A stretch of 39,189 bases of DNA from an uncultured Clostridium sp. (GCA_947571515.1 CANOYI010000003.1:1-39189); one strand, 5' to 3'; counted from the first letter of the stretch, positions 27,831 through 37,822 are shown. A program made the numbers and translations. Notes: a model not told the origin generated them from the sequence alone.

Positions 27831-28044
27831 TCGCATGGAGACGTTTCCTTGCGGCACTTTTCTTCATCAAAAAGATACTTTTTTACTTAGTTTAAAAATT
27901 ATTATCTAATTTTTAGAAAAATGACGAATGTGAGTGGTGCAAGAAGCCGAGACATTATTCTAAAAATCAAATAATAATTTTAATATTAAAATTGTCTTTT
28001 TCTTTTGACAAAAATGTCGCAAAGGAAACGTCCCCAATGCGACA
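27831..28044. repeat. ~215-bp imperfect palindrome with GGGGACG-type terminal hairpins
   Basis: TCGCATGGAGACGTTTCCTTGCGGCA ... TGTCGCAAAGGAAACGTCCCCAATGCGACA, with a nested IR AATTATTATCTAATTTTTAGAA / TTCTAAAAATCAAATAATAATT. Confidence 0.7.
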
Positions 28045-28049
28045 TCATT

Positions 28050-29396
28050 TTATACACCATATGCTGAGAACAAGAAGTTACCCATATAAACTTGAACACA
28101 TGGTACTAACACAATTAATACGAAGAATATTAGTAAAACTCCAACAATTGCATAAATAATCTGTGGTAATAGTTTCATAATCTTATTCATAATGTTATCA
28201 ATATCAATTTCCATATATTCCACTAATTTTTCCATCATTTCAGTCAAATCTGTTTGCATACCTATATTCAACATTTCAGTAATCATTGGTTTAGCTAATC
28301 CTGACTCTTCAAATGGTTGAATCCAAGAAGAACCAGTCACTAAGTTGTTCATTGACCTTTCTATAATAGAAAGCATAACCAAATTTTTAATTACGCTTTT
28401 ACTAACATCTATTGCATCTTGTATTCTAACCCCATTTTTCAAATTTAATACCATTGCTTTAATAAATCTTGAAAAATCTATAGCAAATATTAAATCACCA
28501 AAAATTGGCATTTTATACTTAAACTCATGAAACTTATATTTTCCTTTTGGAGTATGAATATAATAAATAATAGAAGCTATTGCTATCACTAAAATACTAG
28601 TTGGAATATACCAGTATTCAATCACCTTATTGACAAAAGCTTGAAACCATAATGTAATAGTTGGTAATGTATCTTGTGTTCCTAATTCATCAAATACTCC
28701 TTGAATGGCTGGAATAGCAAACAATGTTCCTACTAGCAACAAAACAATTAATAAGATAAACTGTATTGCATTTGGAATCAAAATACTCTTTAACTTGCTA
28801 GTTAAAACCTCTGTTTCATCTAAATATCTTACTGCTTGTTCTAAAGAATTGGTAAGAGAGCCTGATAATTCTCCAACTTTTATCATATTCGTATAGATAT
28901 AAGGAAATATATCAGAATAATATTCCATCGTTGTATACATATTGTCTCCAGCTTCTACACCAGCTAGAATATCCTCTAATATTCCTTTAAACGTTAAATT
29001 TTCTGTACTCTGGATAATGGTATCTAATGCATGAACATTATTGAAGTTAGCCTTTTTCAATACATACAGATTTTGTGTAAATACGACTAAATCTCTTTGC
29101 GTTATCTTTTCAGATTTGGCAAAATATAAGTTAATTTTTTGTTTCGTCGTTAATGTCTCTTTTTTGACACCTAATTGTGTTGTATTTACATTTTTCATAA
29201 TTTCTTGTATATCTGTAACATTTCTTTTTGGTTTCTTTGTTGATTTTTGAATACGTTCCGAAAGTTTTTCAATTGATATCGGCACTAAGTCATTATTTTT
29301 AATCGATTGCATTAACATTTCTTTACTAGAAGCTTCTACTTTATTCCTCACTATAATGCCAGCCTTAGTTACAGCTTTATACATATATATAGGCAT
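28050..29396 (-). CDS. pilC: Type IV pilus inner-membrane platform protein (T2SS F family)
   Basis: MPIYMYKAV, DLVVFTQNL, MIKVGELSGSL, KYKMPIFG; two T2SSF domains. Confidence 0.88.
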   Translation of the reverse strand: MPIYMYKAVTKAGIIVRNKVEASSKEMLMQSIKNNDLVPISIEKLSERIQKSTKKPKRNVTDIQEIMKNVNTTQLGVKKETLTTKQKINLYFAKSEKITQRDLVVFTQNLYVLKKANFNNVHALDTIIQSTENLTFKGILEDILAGVEAGDNMYTTMEYYSDIFPYIYTNMIKVGELSGSLTNSLEQAVRYLDETEVLTSKLKSILIPNAIQFILLIVLLLVGTLFAIPAIQGVFDELGTQDTLPTITLWFQAFVNKVIEYWYIPTSILVIAIASIIYYIHTPKGKYKFHEFKYKMPIFGDLIFAIDFSRFIKAMVLNLKNGVRIQDAIDVSKSVIKNLVMLSIIERSMNNLVTGSSWIQPFEESGLAKPMITEMLNIGMQTDLTEMMEKLVEYMEIDIDNIMNKIMKLLPQIIYAIVGVLLIFFVLIVLVPCVQVYMGNFLFSAYGV

Positions 29397-29417
29397 TCTT
29401 TTATCCTCCTATCTTGC

Positions 29418-30515
29418 TTATTTATTACGTCTAATTCTCAATTGCATAATTGTTCTATTTAATCTTTCTATGTTCTTTTCCTCAATTTGAGCTTTTGCTT
29501 GGTCTAATGTAATTTTCTCTTGGACAAAAAGCTCTGCTAAAGAGTTAATCAAACTAATGCTTCCTTTGTCTGCACCACTTTGTATGGCGTCTTCAATTTC
29601 TGATACACTTAATTTATCTTTACGTATGATACCTGATACTATATTATCAACTACCATTACCTCTGGCACTAATACCAATTTTTCATCCGTTCCAGGTAAT
29701 AATCTTTGTGAAATAACTAATTTTAATAAAGCAGATAACAAATATTTAACCATACGTTGGTCTCTTACTTCATAAAAGTTTATCATTCGATCAATCGTTT
29801 CTGCACATGATTTTGTATGCAAAGTTCCAATTACTAAGTGTCCAGACTCTGCTGTCTCAATGGCTGCTTCCATGGTCTCTCGATCACGTATCTCACCAAT
29901 TACTAAAATATCGCTGTCCTCTCTTAAAGAATTTTGAACACCATTACTAAATGTCAAACTATCTTTTCCACTTCCAATTTCTTTTTGCACAATGACTGAT
30001 TTTTTAGAACGATGCTTGTACTCAATTGGATTTTCTAGTGTAATAATTTTTTTATTTTGATTTTCATTAATATAGTTAACCAAAGCATTTAAAGTTGTTG
30101 TTTTCCCAGAATTTGTTTTACCAGTAACCAAAATTAATCCTTGTGTTTGGTATGTCATTCGTCTTACAATATCTGGTACACCTAAAGATTCATAAGATGG
30201 TAATTCTTCTCGAATTAATCTTAATGTACAAATTGGAATATCTTCTGATAAAGAAAGATTTACTCTTAAACGAATATCTCTGTATTCATAAGACATATCC
30301 AATTTTCTTGTCTCATTAAAAACTTCATCTTTCCCAACATTTCCTTTTATAAAATAATCATATATTTCAGACATATCTTCTGGTGTTAAAATTTCACTAT
30401 CTGGTACAGGTATTAAGTCTCTTGCAATTCGAAGCATAGGTTTATTATCACAGATAAAGTGTACATCTGAAGCCTCTAGCTCCATGGCTTTATCTAATAT
30501 TTCATTTACGTTCAT
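29418..30515 (-). CDS. pilT: PilT/PilU-family retraction ATPase
   Basis: ASDVH, GLILVTGKTNSGKTTTL, ITLENPIEY, LREDSDILVIGEIRD, AESGHLVIGTLHT. Confidence 0.85.
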   Translation of the reverse strand: MNVNEILDKAMELEASDVHFICDNKPMLRIARDLIPVPDSEILTPEDMSEIYDYFIKGNVGKDEVFNETRKLDMSYEYRDIRLRVNLSLSEDIPICTLRLIREELPSYESLGVPDIVRRMTYQTQGLILVTGKTNSGKTTTLNALVNYINENQNKKIITLENPIEYKHRSKKSVIVQKEIGSGKDSLTFSNGVQNSLREDSDILVIGEIRDRETMEAAIETAESGHLVIGTLHTKSCAETIDRMINFYEVRDQRMVKYLLSALLKLVISQRLLPGTDEKLVLVPEVMVVDNIVSGIIRKDKLSVSEIEDAIQSGADKGSISLINSLAELFVQEKITLDQAKAQIEEKNIERLNRTIMQLRIRRNK

Positions 30516-30533
30516 AATATCCTCCTCTATATT

Positions 30534-32204
30534 CTAAAAGAATAGTAATTTTCTATTTAATTCTTCCAATGTTGTATGCCCATCTATCACTTTCCTAATT
30601 CCATCAATTATCAATGGTTCATAAGATTGTTGTATAGCAATTCTTTTAATCTCTATACTTGACTTTCCTACCATAATAGCTTCTTTCAGGTCATCTGTTA
30701 AATTAAGGACCTCAAATATACCAATTCTATCATAATATCCGGTATTATTACAAAATCTACATCCAGGTGTATCATAAGTTTTTCCACTTAAATCAAAAGT
30801 AATATTATATTTTTCTCCAACTTCTGTTATAATTTTCTTTTCTTGAGCAGTAAATTCTCTTTCTACTGCACATTTAGGACATACTCTCCTTACTAATCTT
30901 TGTGAAATCGATGTAGCTAATGTACTAGCAATATCATAATCAGAAAGACCTAATTTTCTTAATCTTGTAATAACCTCTATACTATCTATGGTGTGTATGG
31001 TAGATAATACATAATGTCCTGTTTGTCCCGCTTGAATTGCTATTTCTCCCGTTTCTTTATCTCTGATTTCTCCCACTAAAATAATATCTGGATCTTGTCT
31101 TAATACATTTCTAAGAGTGGATGAAAAATTTGCTCTATTTTCATCAATTTCAATTTGGTTTAATCCAGGAATTCTTATTTCTACTGGATCTTCAATGGTT
31201 GTAATATTGATCTCTGGTCGATCAAGACGAGAAATAATACTATATAAAGTAGTTGTTTTACCTTCTCCTGTTGGTCCTGCTATAATCGTTATACTATTTC
31301 TTTTACTAATTGTTTTCTTTAATTCTTGCTCTGTTCCTGGAAATCCTAATTCAAATATATCTTTAATATTTGTTTCTTTTTTTAATAATCTTAAAACAAA
31401 TTTTTCACCATATAAATTTGGTTGCGAAGATACACGAATATTATAATCGTCATACAATAAAATTCTACCATCTTGTGCCTCTTGTTTTTCTTGGTGCATA
31501 TTAGAAATCGCTTTTAATCTTCCAATTAGTTGTTGCTGTTTCTCTTTCTTAATTTTAGCAACAATAAATAATTCACTATCAATCCTATATCGTATTCTCA
31601 CATAATCTCTCATTGGCTCTATGTGTATATCACTGGCCCTTCTTTTGATGCCTGTTCTGATGATACTATCTACTAAATTAACAGCTGTTTCATTACTATC
31701 TGGATTAACCTCTAGGTCAGCAACTGGTTCGCTATTCATTGTTTCCATTGTATCCATTGTTTCCATTGATTTCAATATCTTAATAATATCACTTTCAAAA
31801 GTAATATAAGGATCCATGGCTAATCCCTTATTTAGTAATAACATTTTAATTTCATTTACACTTTTAATGTTACTGGTATTGGCAAAACATACTTTTACTT
31901 TTCCTAATGATGCTTCAAATGGAATTACTTTATGCTTTTTTGCTACTTCCAATGGAAAATAATCTGTTACTTTTACCTTTATTTTATTCCCCCCTACTAA
32001 AAGAACACCTTTTTCTCCTAATATATCTGCAATTGCTTCTATCAAGATACTAGGTTCACATACTTCTAAGTGATATAAAATATCCCCTATTTTTTTATTA
32101 GGATGATCTTTTTGATATTGTAAAGCCGTTTCAATATCTTTTTCCTTTACAACACCTCTTTTTACTAATTCTACTCCTATTGGTTGTCTTCTTCTCGTCT
32201 CCAT
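30534..32204 (-). CDS. pilB: PilB/GspE assembly ATPase
   Basis: N-terminal MshEN-like IGVELVKRGVV, ASDIHIEP, GPTGEGKTTT, TIEDPVE, LRQDPDIILVGEIRD, CxxC...CxxC. Confidence 0.92.
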   Translation of the reverse strand: METRRRQPIGVELVKRGVVKEKDIETALQYQKDHPNKKIGDILYHLEVCEPSILIEAIADILGEKGVLLVGGNKIKVKVTDYFPLEVAKKHKVIPFEASLGKVKVCFANTSNIKSVNEIKMLLLNKGLAMDPYITFESDIIKILKSMETMDTMETMNSEPVADLEVNPDSNETAVNLVDSIIRTGIKRRASDIHIEPMRDYVRIRYRIDSELFIVAKIKKEKQQQLIGRLKAISNMHQEKQEAQDGRILLYDDYNIRVSSQPNLYGEKFVLRLLKKETNIKDIFELGFPGTEQELKKTISKRNSITIIAGPTGEGKTTTLYSIISRLDRPEINITTIEDPVEIRIPGLNQIEIDENRANFSSTLRNVLRQDPDIILVGEIRDKETGEIAIQAGQTGHYVLSTIHTIDSIEVITRLRKLGLSDYDIASTLATSISQRLVRRVCPKCAVEREFTAQEKKIITEVGEKYNITFDLSGKTYDTPGCRFCNNTGYYDRIGIFEVLNLTDDLKEAIMVGKSSIEIKRIAIQQSYEPLIIDGIRKVIDGHTTLEELNRKLLFF

Positions 32205-32246
32205 CTCATAACTCCCTTCCGTTTGTTTTTTGAATTGAACAAATTG

Positions 32247-32669
32247 CTAATCTTTCAATGTATAGTCTACATTTCTTTCCTCAGCAGTTCCAATCTTTAT
32301 CGTAACAGCCACTACATTTTTTCCATTTTTTATTTTAGACTCGAAAATGCATTTTTCTACATCTTTACATATTTTCACATTATTTCTATAAATTCCTTTA
32401 TTTTCTGCAACATAAGTATATTGTATATTATTATCAAATACCAAATAATCTTCGCCCCATTCTAAAACTTTTAAGTTAGCATGGTTTACTTCATCTGAGA
32501 AGTAATGATTGAATTTAGTATATTCTGTAAGTGGATTGATCGTATTAGAAAGTGCATTTGTATTTTTATAAAAAAACATACTAATCATTGATACAACTGC
32601 CACCACAATTAGCATAACAATAATATACACCGTTAATGAAATAAGTGTTATACCCTTTTCTGATCTCAT
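32247..32669 (-). CDS. Minor type IV pilin
   Basis: MRSEKG|ITLISLTVYIIVMLIVV class III signal peptide. Confidence 0.8.
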   Translation of the reverse strand: MRSEKGITLISLTVYIIVMLIVVAVVSMISMFFYKNTNALSNTINPLTEYTKFNHYFSDEVNHANLKVLEWGEDYLVFDNNIQYTYVAENKGIYRNNVKICKDVEKCIFESKIKNGKNVVAVTIKIGTAEERNVDYTLKD

Positions 32670-32670
32670 T

Positions 32671-33066
32671 CTAATTCTCCTTTGCGACAATTGTAGAAAG
32701 CTCTACATTCTCTTTTTTTCCTTTAAACATATATTGAATTTGTACCGTAATCTTTTTTACAATATCTGGTTCTTTGGTTGAATCTATATCATGATAATCT
32801 TCCACGATTATCGTTCGATAATATCCTTGTTGTACCTCTGTTGTGTTTCGATATGCTGTATCTTCTGTGGTAATATCATCCCATGTTTTATTTTTAATGG
32901 TTTCAATTTCCAATATCGCAATTTCGGTTGCTTTTGATTTTAATTCTATTTCTTTAGAAGAACTATTAACACGAGAAGATAAGGCTGCTATAAATGATAC
33001 AAATATAGTAATTACAATAACTGATATTGCTATATCAATACCTGTATATCCTTTTTCACTTTTCAT
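32671..33066 (-). CDS. Minor type IV pilin (PilV-like)
   Basis: MKSEKG|YTGIDIAISVIVITIF class III signal peptide. Confidence 0.8.
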   Translation of the reverse strand: MKSEKGYTGIDIAISVIVITIFVSFIAALSSRVNSSSKEIELKSKATEIAILEIETIKNKTWDDITTEDTAYRNTTEVQQGYYRTIIVEDYHDIDSTKEPDIVKKITVQIQYMFKGKKENVELSTIVAKEN

Positions 33067-33138
33067 TTTTATTTCCATTCCTTTCGAAATCATTTAAATG
33101 TTTCTATTTTTATATAATAGGAAGTTTTCAGAGAACTT

Positions 33139-33946
33139 TCATATCATATCAAAAAATAACACAATTACCAACGTAATCATATTAAATATTCCTAAAAAGA
33201 ATCCAATACTTAATTGATTTGCTATCTGTTTTTCTGACTTCTTATTACTTATTTTCTCCTTTATTTTATAGAACACTAAATAAAAGAAAATAGCAAATAG
33301 TGCGGATATAAGTCCTTCTTTCGTAATATATCCTCCTGTAAAAATCATCATAGTAACAATCATTAGTAATATTCCTGTAACATAACTATTTTTAGCATAT
33401 TTTTTCAAGGTGACTGTATCTAAAATTAAAATAATTATGTATAAGATTAAATATATACCATATCTATATATATTAGTTTGTCCTACTATGTATAGATATA
33501 CCATATACATAATAGATATTATAATCCCATAAATAGACACCCATTTATCTATTTTTCGATTTTCCTTATCAATTCCGACAAATCAAAATAATAAAAGTCA
33601 TGTATAAGATTAAGAAACAATACTGTGCCACCATTATGCCATTTAAATTTTCCATATTGAATTTCATCAAAAAAGCAATTAATACAAATAACATTCCTGA
33701 AAGCATTTCTAAAATAAGATATCTGGGTCTTATTTTTTGTTTACAATATCTACATTTTCCTTTTAAAAATAAATAACTGATAATTGGAATTAAGTCTAAA
33801 AAGCCTAATTTGTGATTACAATTAGGACAATATGAATGGGTATGTATAATATCTTGTCTCTTTGGAATCCTATATACTGCTAACGTATAAAAGCTACCAA
33901 ATAAGGTTCCTATCATAAATAATAATAAGTAAAGAAATAAATTCAT
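33139..33946 (-). CDS. pilD: Prepilin peptidase (A24); one gene with a +1 frameshift at CGGA 33577-33574
   Basis: GSFYTLAVYRIP, SYCPNCNHKL, LIPIISYLFLKGKCRYCK...RY...E. In the +1 frame GIDKENRKIDKW joins the 33139..33540 ORF, giving 268 aa. Confidence 0.85.
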
Positions 33947-33978
33947 GTTTTTTCCTTTTCTAGCTTATTTTAAATCTA

Positions 33979-34005
33979 GCCTTACACACATAGTGTGCGT
34001 AAGGC
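33979..34005 (-). terminator. Hairpin after the major pilin gene
   Basis: GCCTTACACACA-TAG-TGTGCGTAAGGC. Confidence 0.55.
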
Positions 34006-34027
34006 CATTTTGTTATTATTTAAAAAT

Positions 34028-34618
34028 CTATACACCTGGTGTTGTATTTGTATCTGAATCTGGTGTTGTTGTTCCTGGTGTAGTTGTCGTTAGCGCATGT
34101 GAGGCTTCATCTACATCAAAACGATAAGATGCTGTACGTCCTGAGCTAGCAAGATCGATTATTCCACAAACTTGTCCATCTGTTGATGGTGCTAGTGGTG
34201 TTTCTGATTCAGTACCTACAAGGATAGCTGCAGCTTTACATTTCATAAAAATTCCAGTAGCTTTACCAGTAGTTGTATCTGTTTCTAATTCAATCGTCCA
34301 TTCAGAACCATTACCAGCAAAACCATGTAAATCTCTATCAACTAACGCTCTAAGAGCTTCGGAATTTGTAGTTGAAGTTGCATTATAAGCTGTATCATTA
34401 GCAAGATGAGCAGCAATTTCAGTTCTTACTGCCATGTAAGCAAGTCTCATTTGTTCATCTGCTTCACGATAAGCAGTATTAGATCTAGCTTTTTGTGCAT
34501 TCGTAATGATACCGTTATCCCCTGTTAGCATAGCAATACCTATCCCCGCTAAAATTAATAATACGATGATTGTGATTACTAATGCGATTAAAGTAATACC
34601 CTTTTGATTTTTCATCAT
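34028..34618 (-). CDS. Major type IV pilin-like protein
   Basis: MMKNQKG|ITLIALVITIIVLLILAGIGIAMLTGDNGII; strong SD AGGAGG; followed by a hairpin. Confidence 0.85.
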   Translation of the reverse strand: MMKNQKGITLIALVITIIVLLILAGIGIAMLTGDNGIITNAQKARSNTAYREADEQMRLAYMAVRTEIAAHLANDTAYNATSTTNSEALRALVDRDLHGFAGNGSEWTIELETDTTTGKATGIFMKCKAAAILVGTESETPLAPSTDGQVCGIIDLASSGRTASYRFDVDEASHALTTTTPGTTTPDSDTNTTPGV

Positions 34619-34693
34619 GTTTTTCCTCCTTTTTATTATAAAATATATCTTTTTGACTTATATGAATTGAATCCATATAACGTTAATAACAAA

Positions 34694-35251
34694 TTATTTA
34701 GTTCCTTTATCTTGGAAGAAATGTCCTCCTTCAGATGTTGTTGCATTTTGCTGTGTTGTCGTAGATGGCGGACTTTCCAAACTAGATTGTGAGCTTGAAA
34801 TCGATGTATTTGTTGTACTTGAAGTCGCTGAATTATTATTCCCATTACTTGTAGTTGTTTTATTTTCTTGCACTTGATTGTCTTCTATCTGAACATTTGA
34901 TGTAGAAGAATTTGCTGTTGTGGTATCTGTTCCATTTGTTGTTGTAGTACCTGTCGTCGTTGTTTCATAAGAAGAAAATGGATTTGCTTTTCCTGGTTTA
35001 TAATCTTGTATACTCGTATAATTATTTAAATCTGTTGCATCCACTTCATAGGTCATAATAATTTGACTTTCATCAATATCTGAACTATTTGCCAATTCTT
35101 TCTTCACATCATCTGGTGTTGAATAAGATACTGGGTTTGGTATTGTTTTCGTCATAGGAACATATTCATACAATAAAATTCCTAGTGACAAAATAATTGC
35201 CAAACATAATAACAACATAATAATGATTTCTTTTACAATTGATTTAGCCAT
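34694..35251 (-). CDS. Hypothetical pilus-locus membrane protein with Thr/Ser-rich tail
   Basis: N-terminal TM, GKANPF motif, low-complexity C-terminus. Confidence 0.75.
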   Translation of the reverse strand: MAKSIVKEIIIMLLLCLAIILSLGILLYEYVPMTKTIPNPVSYSTPDDVKKELANSSDIDESQIIMTYEVDATDLNNYTSIQDYKPGKANPFSSYETTTTGTTTTNGTDTTTANSSTSNVQIEDNQVQENKTTTSNGNNNSATSSTTNTSISSSQSSLESPPSTTTQQNATTSEGGHFFQDKGTK

Positions 35252-35270
35252 ATTTCTCTCCTTTATCGAT

Positions 35271-36032
35271 TTAATGAATTGTCACATCATTGAATAAATT
35301 TCCTGTGACATTTACCTCATTTTTTATTGCGTTACTTTTTTTAGTAGAATTTGTACTATTGGTGTTAGTTTTATTATTCTTGCTGTCGTTCGTACTGGTT
35401 GTATTATTACTATTATCGGTATCTTCTGTTTCTTCCTCTGTTTCACTAGTTTCTGATATTTCCTTTATCGCAATCCCCTTACATAGAAATGTTGCTTGTA
35501 AATTATTACCTGAAGATGGTGTCATTTTGAACTCTTCAATTTGGAAACCTAATGTACTGTCATTTTCAATGTCTGATATAAAATCTGTGATGGAAATATA
35601 ACTACCATTCACTGTAAATTTTAAATCGTAAATATCATTTGTATCGCCCTGCACAATGTCCATTTTTATAATAGCACCTTCACTTGTTGCATAATTTCCC
35701 AATTTAACCCACAACGCTTCAATTTCATATCTTTCAATCTGACCAGCAACTTGTACATCCTCTTCTGAACTTATTTGCGTTATTTCTTCATAATCTTCTT
35801 TGGCCTCTTTTAATTTCTTACTACTCTCTTGTACCGTGACTAATGCCTGTCTATATTCTTTTTCTGCCAATTTACTAGCCTCTTGTATTTTGGTATCTAA
35901 TTGACTATTTTTGGTTTTCATTCCTGCATAGCTAAGCACTTCTATGTTTCCTACCTCAAAGCCATTCAAACCAATGTAGATAGCTAGCGCTAATAATAAT
36001 CCAATTAGAATTAACATTAATAGTTTTTTCAT
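35271..36032 (-). CDS. PilO-like pilus assembly protein
   Basis: TM + coiled coil + LKFTVNGSYISITDFISDIEN (PilO-type GxY motif); downstream of pilMN. Confidence 0.65.
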   Translation of the reverse strand: MKKLLMLILIGLLLALAIYIGLNGFEVGNIEVLSYAGMKTKNSQLDTKIQEASKLAEKEYRQALVTVQESSKKLKEAKEDYEEITQISSEEDVQVAGQIERYEIEALWVKLGNYATSEGAIIKMDIVQGDTNDIYDLKFTVNGSYISITDFISDIENDSTLGFQIEEFKMTPSSGNNLQATFLCKGIAIKEISETSETEEETEDTDNSNNTTSTNDSKNNKTNTNSTNSTKKSNAIKNEVNVTGNLFNDVTIH

Positions 36033-37645
36033 GGCAAATCTCCTTCTATTTTAACAGTAACCGCGTTATTATCTTTTTGCCCAGCTGTTGATATTACATT
36101 CGTTAAAATCACATCTGTTTTTATCTTGGCTTTTAAATATCCCAATTGTTCATATTTATTAGATCTGGCATTGATAACGATATGGGTATCAGATGGATTT
36201 TCAATGGATGTCAACTGAACATTCTCTGGTACGATTGACATGATTTGGTTTAATAAGTTTGGTATGGCATTTCTAGTTTTATTTTGATCGGTTATTTTAT
36301 TATTGGCATCCTCTAGGCTTTTTATCATAGCAGTATATTCATTAATTTTACTATTCATTTTTTCGTTGTCACTATTAGCCAGTGCTATTTGCTCTCTAGT
36401 AGATGTAATATATTCATCTGCCTCATGTCTTTTACTATTTATCTGACTAGCTAACATTCCAGAAAATCCAGTATAGATAACAACTAGTAATAAAAGTGCC
36501 ATAGCAACTCTTAAAAATCCAGTTTCCACTTTATCTAATGGTTGTCCTAAATCCCAATTAAGGGATCCACCTCTTACTCCATTTCCTATACTACCTAAAT
36601 CAACATCTAATTTTAATAAATCAGGAAGTTTTTCACCAAAATTTTGGTTTCTAAAGTTTAAACCTGCAATTCCTTCTCCCACTCCCATCATTCCTAAAGC
36701 AATAGCAGAATTCACTTCCATATAATCTTTAATACTAATATCACTTGTCATTCCAATAAAATATGGTTTTAATAATTCACATTCTACCTCTTCTAAATAT
36801 TCTTGAAAATATAAATCAATGTTATTAATTAATGCTGCTGTACCAGTGATATAAACTTTTTTTATACTACTTCCATAACTATTTATAATATTTCTTATTT
36901 TGCCTACTATTGTATAAAGTGTTGGCATAATATCTTCTAAATAATTGGATTGTTGTTCTTGTAATTCTCTTCCTTCAGATGTATAAATTGTTGTATTTTT
37001 ACAAATTTCATAAGAATTTAAATAAGAATTCTCTTTCAAGTTTATTTTAGCTAAGAAATCCTTACTTCCTTGTTCTATTTTATCTACACTATGAATTTTG
37101 CTATCTAGTATAGTTGTTACTATTGTGCTATCTTCCATATTAACAACAATAGCATTTTCATTTTTACCTATATCAATTAAATTTGGAATGGCCATAGAAA
37201 TTGGAGATACATTAGAAACTTTATACCCTTCTACTTGTTGTATTGTTTTATTTAGTTCCATTTTGTTTTCTGCAATGTGAATCACTCTTATTTTATCATC
37301 ATATGTTCCTGCTACTGCATATCTACTTTCAAATATATTAGAATCATATCCCATTTCTGCACAATAAGCTTCGAACTCTGTTTGAACGGCTTTTTGTAAA
37401 TCATTTTTTGTCAATAGTGCAAACATATTAAAGTAGTTATACATTTCTTCGGACAAATTAATACTAATTGGTGTTTTTTGGCTGTATGTTTCTTGAATTA
37501 CTTGTTCAATAGCAGGTCCAATTTTATCATAGAATTTGATTCCAAATGCTTCCACTTTGATTGTGTTACGTCCTTTTGAAACTTTTGCATATTTAATTAA
37601 ATGTTCTTCAATGTATAGCCCTAGGCAACTAGCATTCGCCATCAT
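36029..37645 (-). CDS. PilM-PilN fusion protein
   Basis: Actin-like PilM domain (LGLYIEEHLIKYA, VYITGTAALINNI, AIALG), then TM, coiled coil and a PilN-like domain (LLNQIMSIVPENVQLTSI). Confidence 0.8.
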   Translation of the reverse strand: MMANASCLGLYIEEHLIKYAKVSKGRNTIKVEAFGIKFYDKIGPAIEQVIQETYSQKTPISINLSEEMYNYFNMFALLTKNDLQKAVQTEFEAYCAEMGYDSNIFESRYAVAGTYDDKIRVIHIAENKMELNKTIQQVEGYKVSNVSPISMAIPNLIDIGKNENAIVVNMEDSTIVTTILDSKIHSVDKIEQGSKDFLAKINLKENSYLNSYEICKNTTIYTSEGRELQEQQSNYLEDIMPTLYTIVGKIRNIINSYGSSIKKVYITGTAALINNIDLYFQEYLEEVECELLKPYFIGMTSDISIKDYMEVNSAIALGMMGVGEGIAGLNFRNQNFGEKLPDLLKLDVDLGSIGNGVRGGSLNWDLGQPLDKVETGFLRVAMALLLLVVIYTGFSGMLASQINSKRHEADEYITSTREQIALANSDNEKMNSKINEYTAMIKSLEDANNKITDQNKTRNAIPNLLNQIMSIVPENVQLTSIENPSDTHIVINARSNKYEQLGYLKAKIKTDVILTNVISTAGQKDNNAVTVKIEGDLP

Positions 37646-37822
37646 TTTCTCCTTTTTTAATTAATATATATTTTTATTTTTTACAAATTTACAAAATTCA
37701 TACTTGAATATTTTACACATTTCTTCAAATATATTTATATTTTATCTTTATCTGCCAAAAAGTCAATATTTTTAACACACTTGTAAAGAAAACGTAATAT
37801 TTCTGTAATACTATTTTAAATA

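Noticed and set aside
31737-31768. 9-bp tandem repeat in pilB (METMDTMETM)
   Set aside because: In-frame linker expansion; no evidence of phase variation
34636-34845. Overlapping 69-aa ORF as a frameshift extension of 34694..35251
   Set aside because: The main ORF ends plausibly (FFQDKGTK), with no in-frame CGG or slippery site
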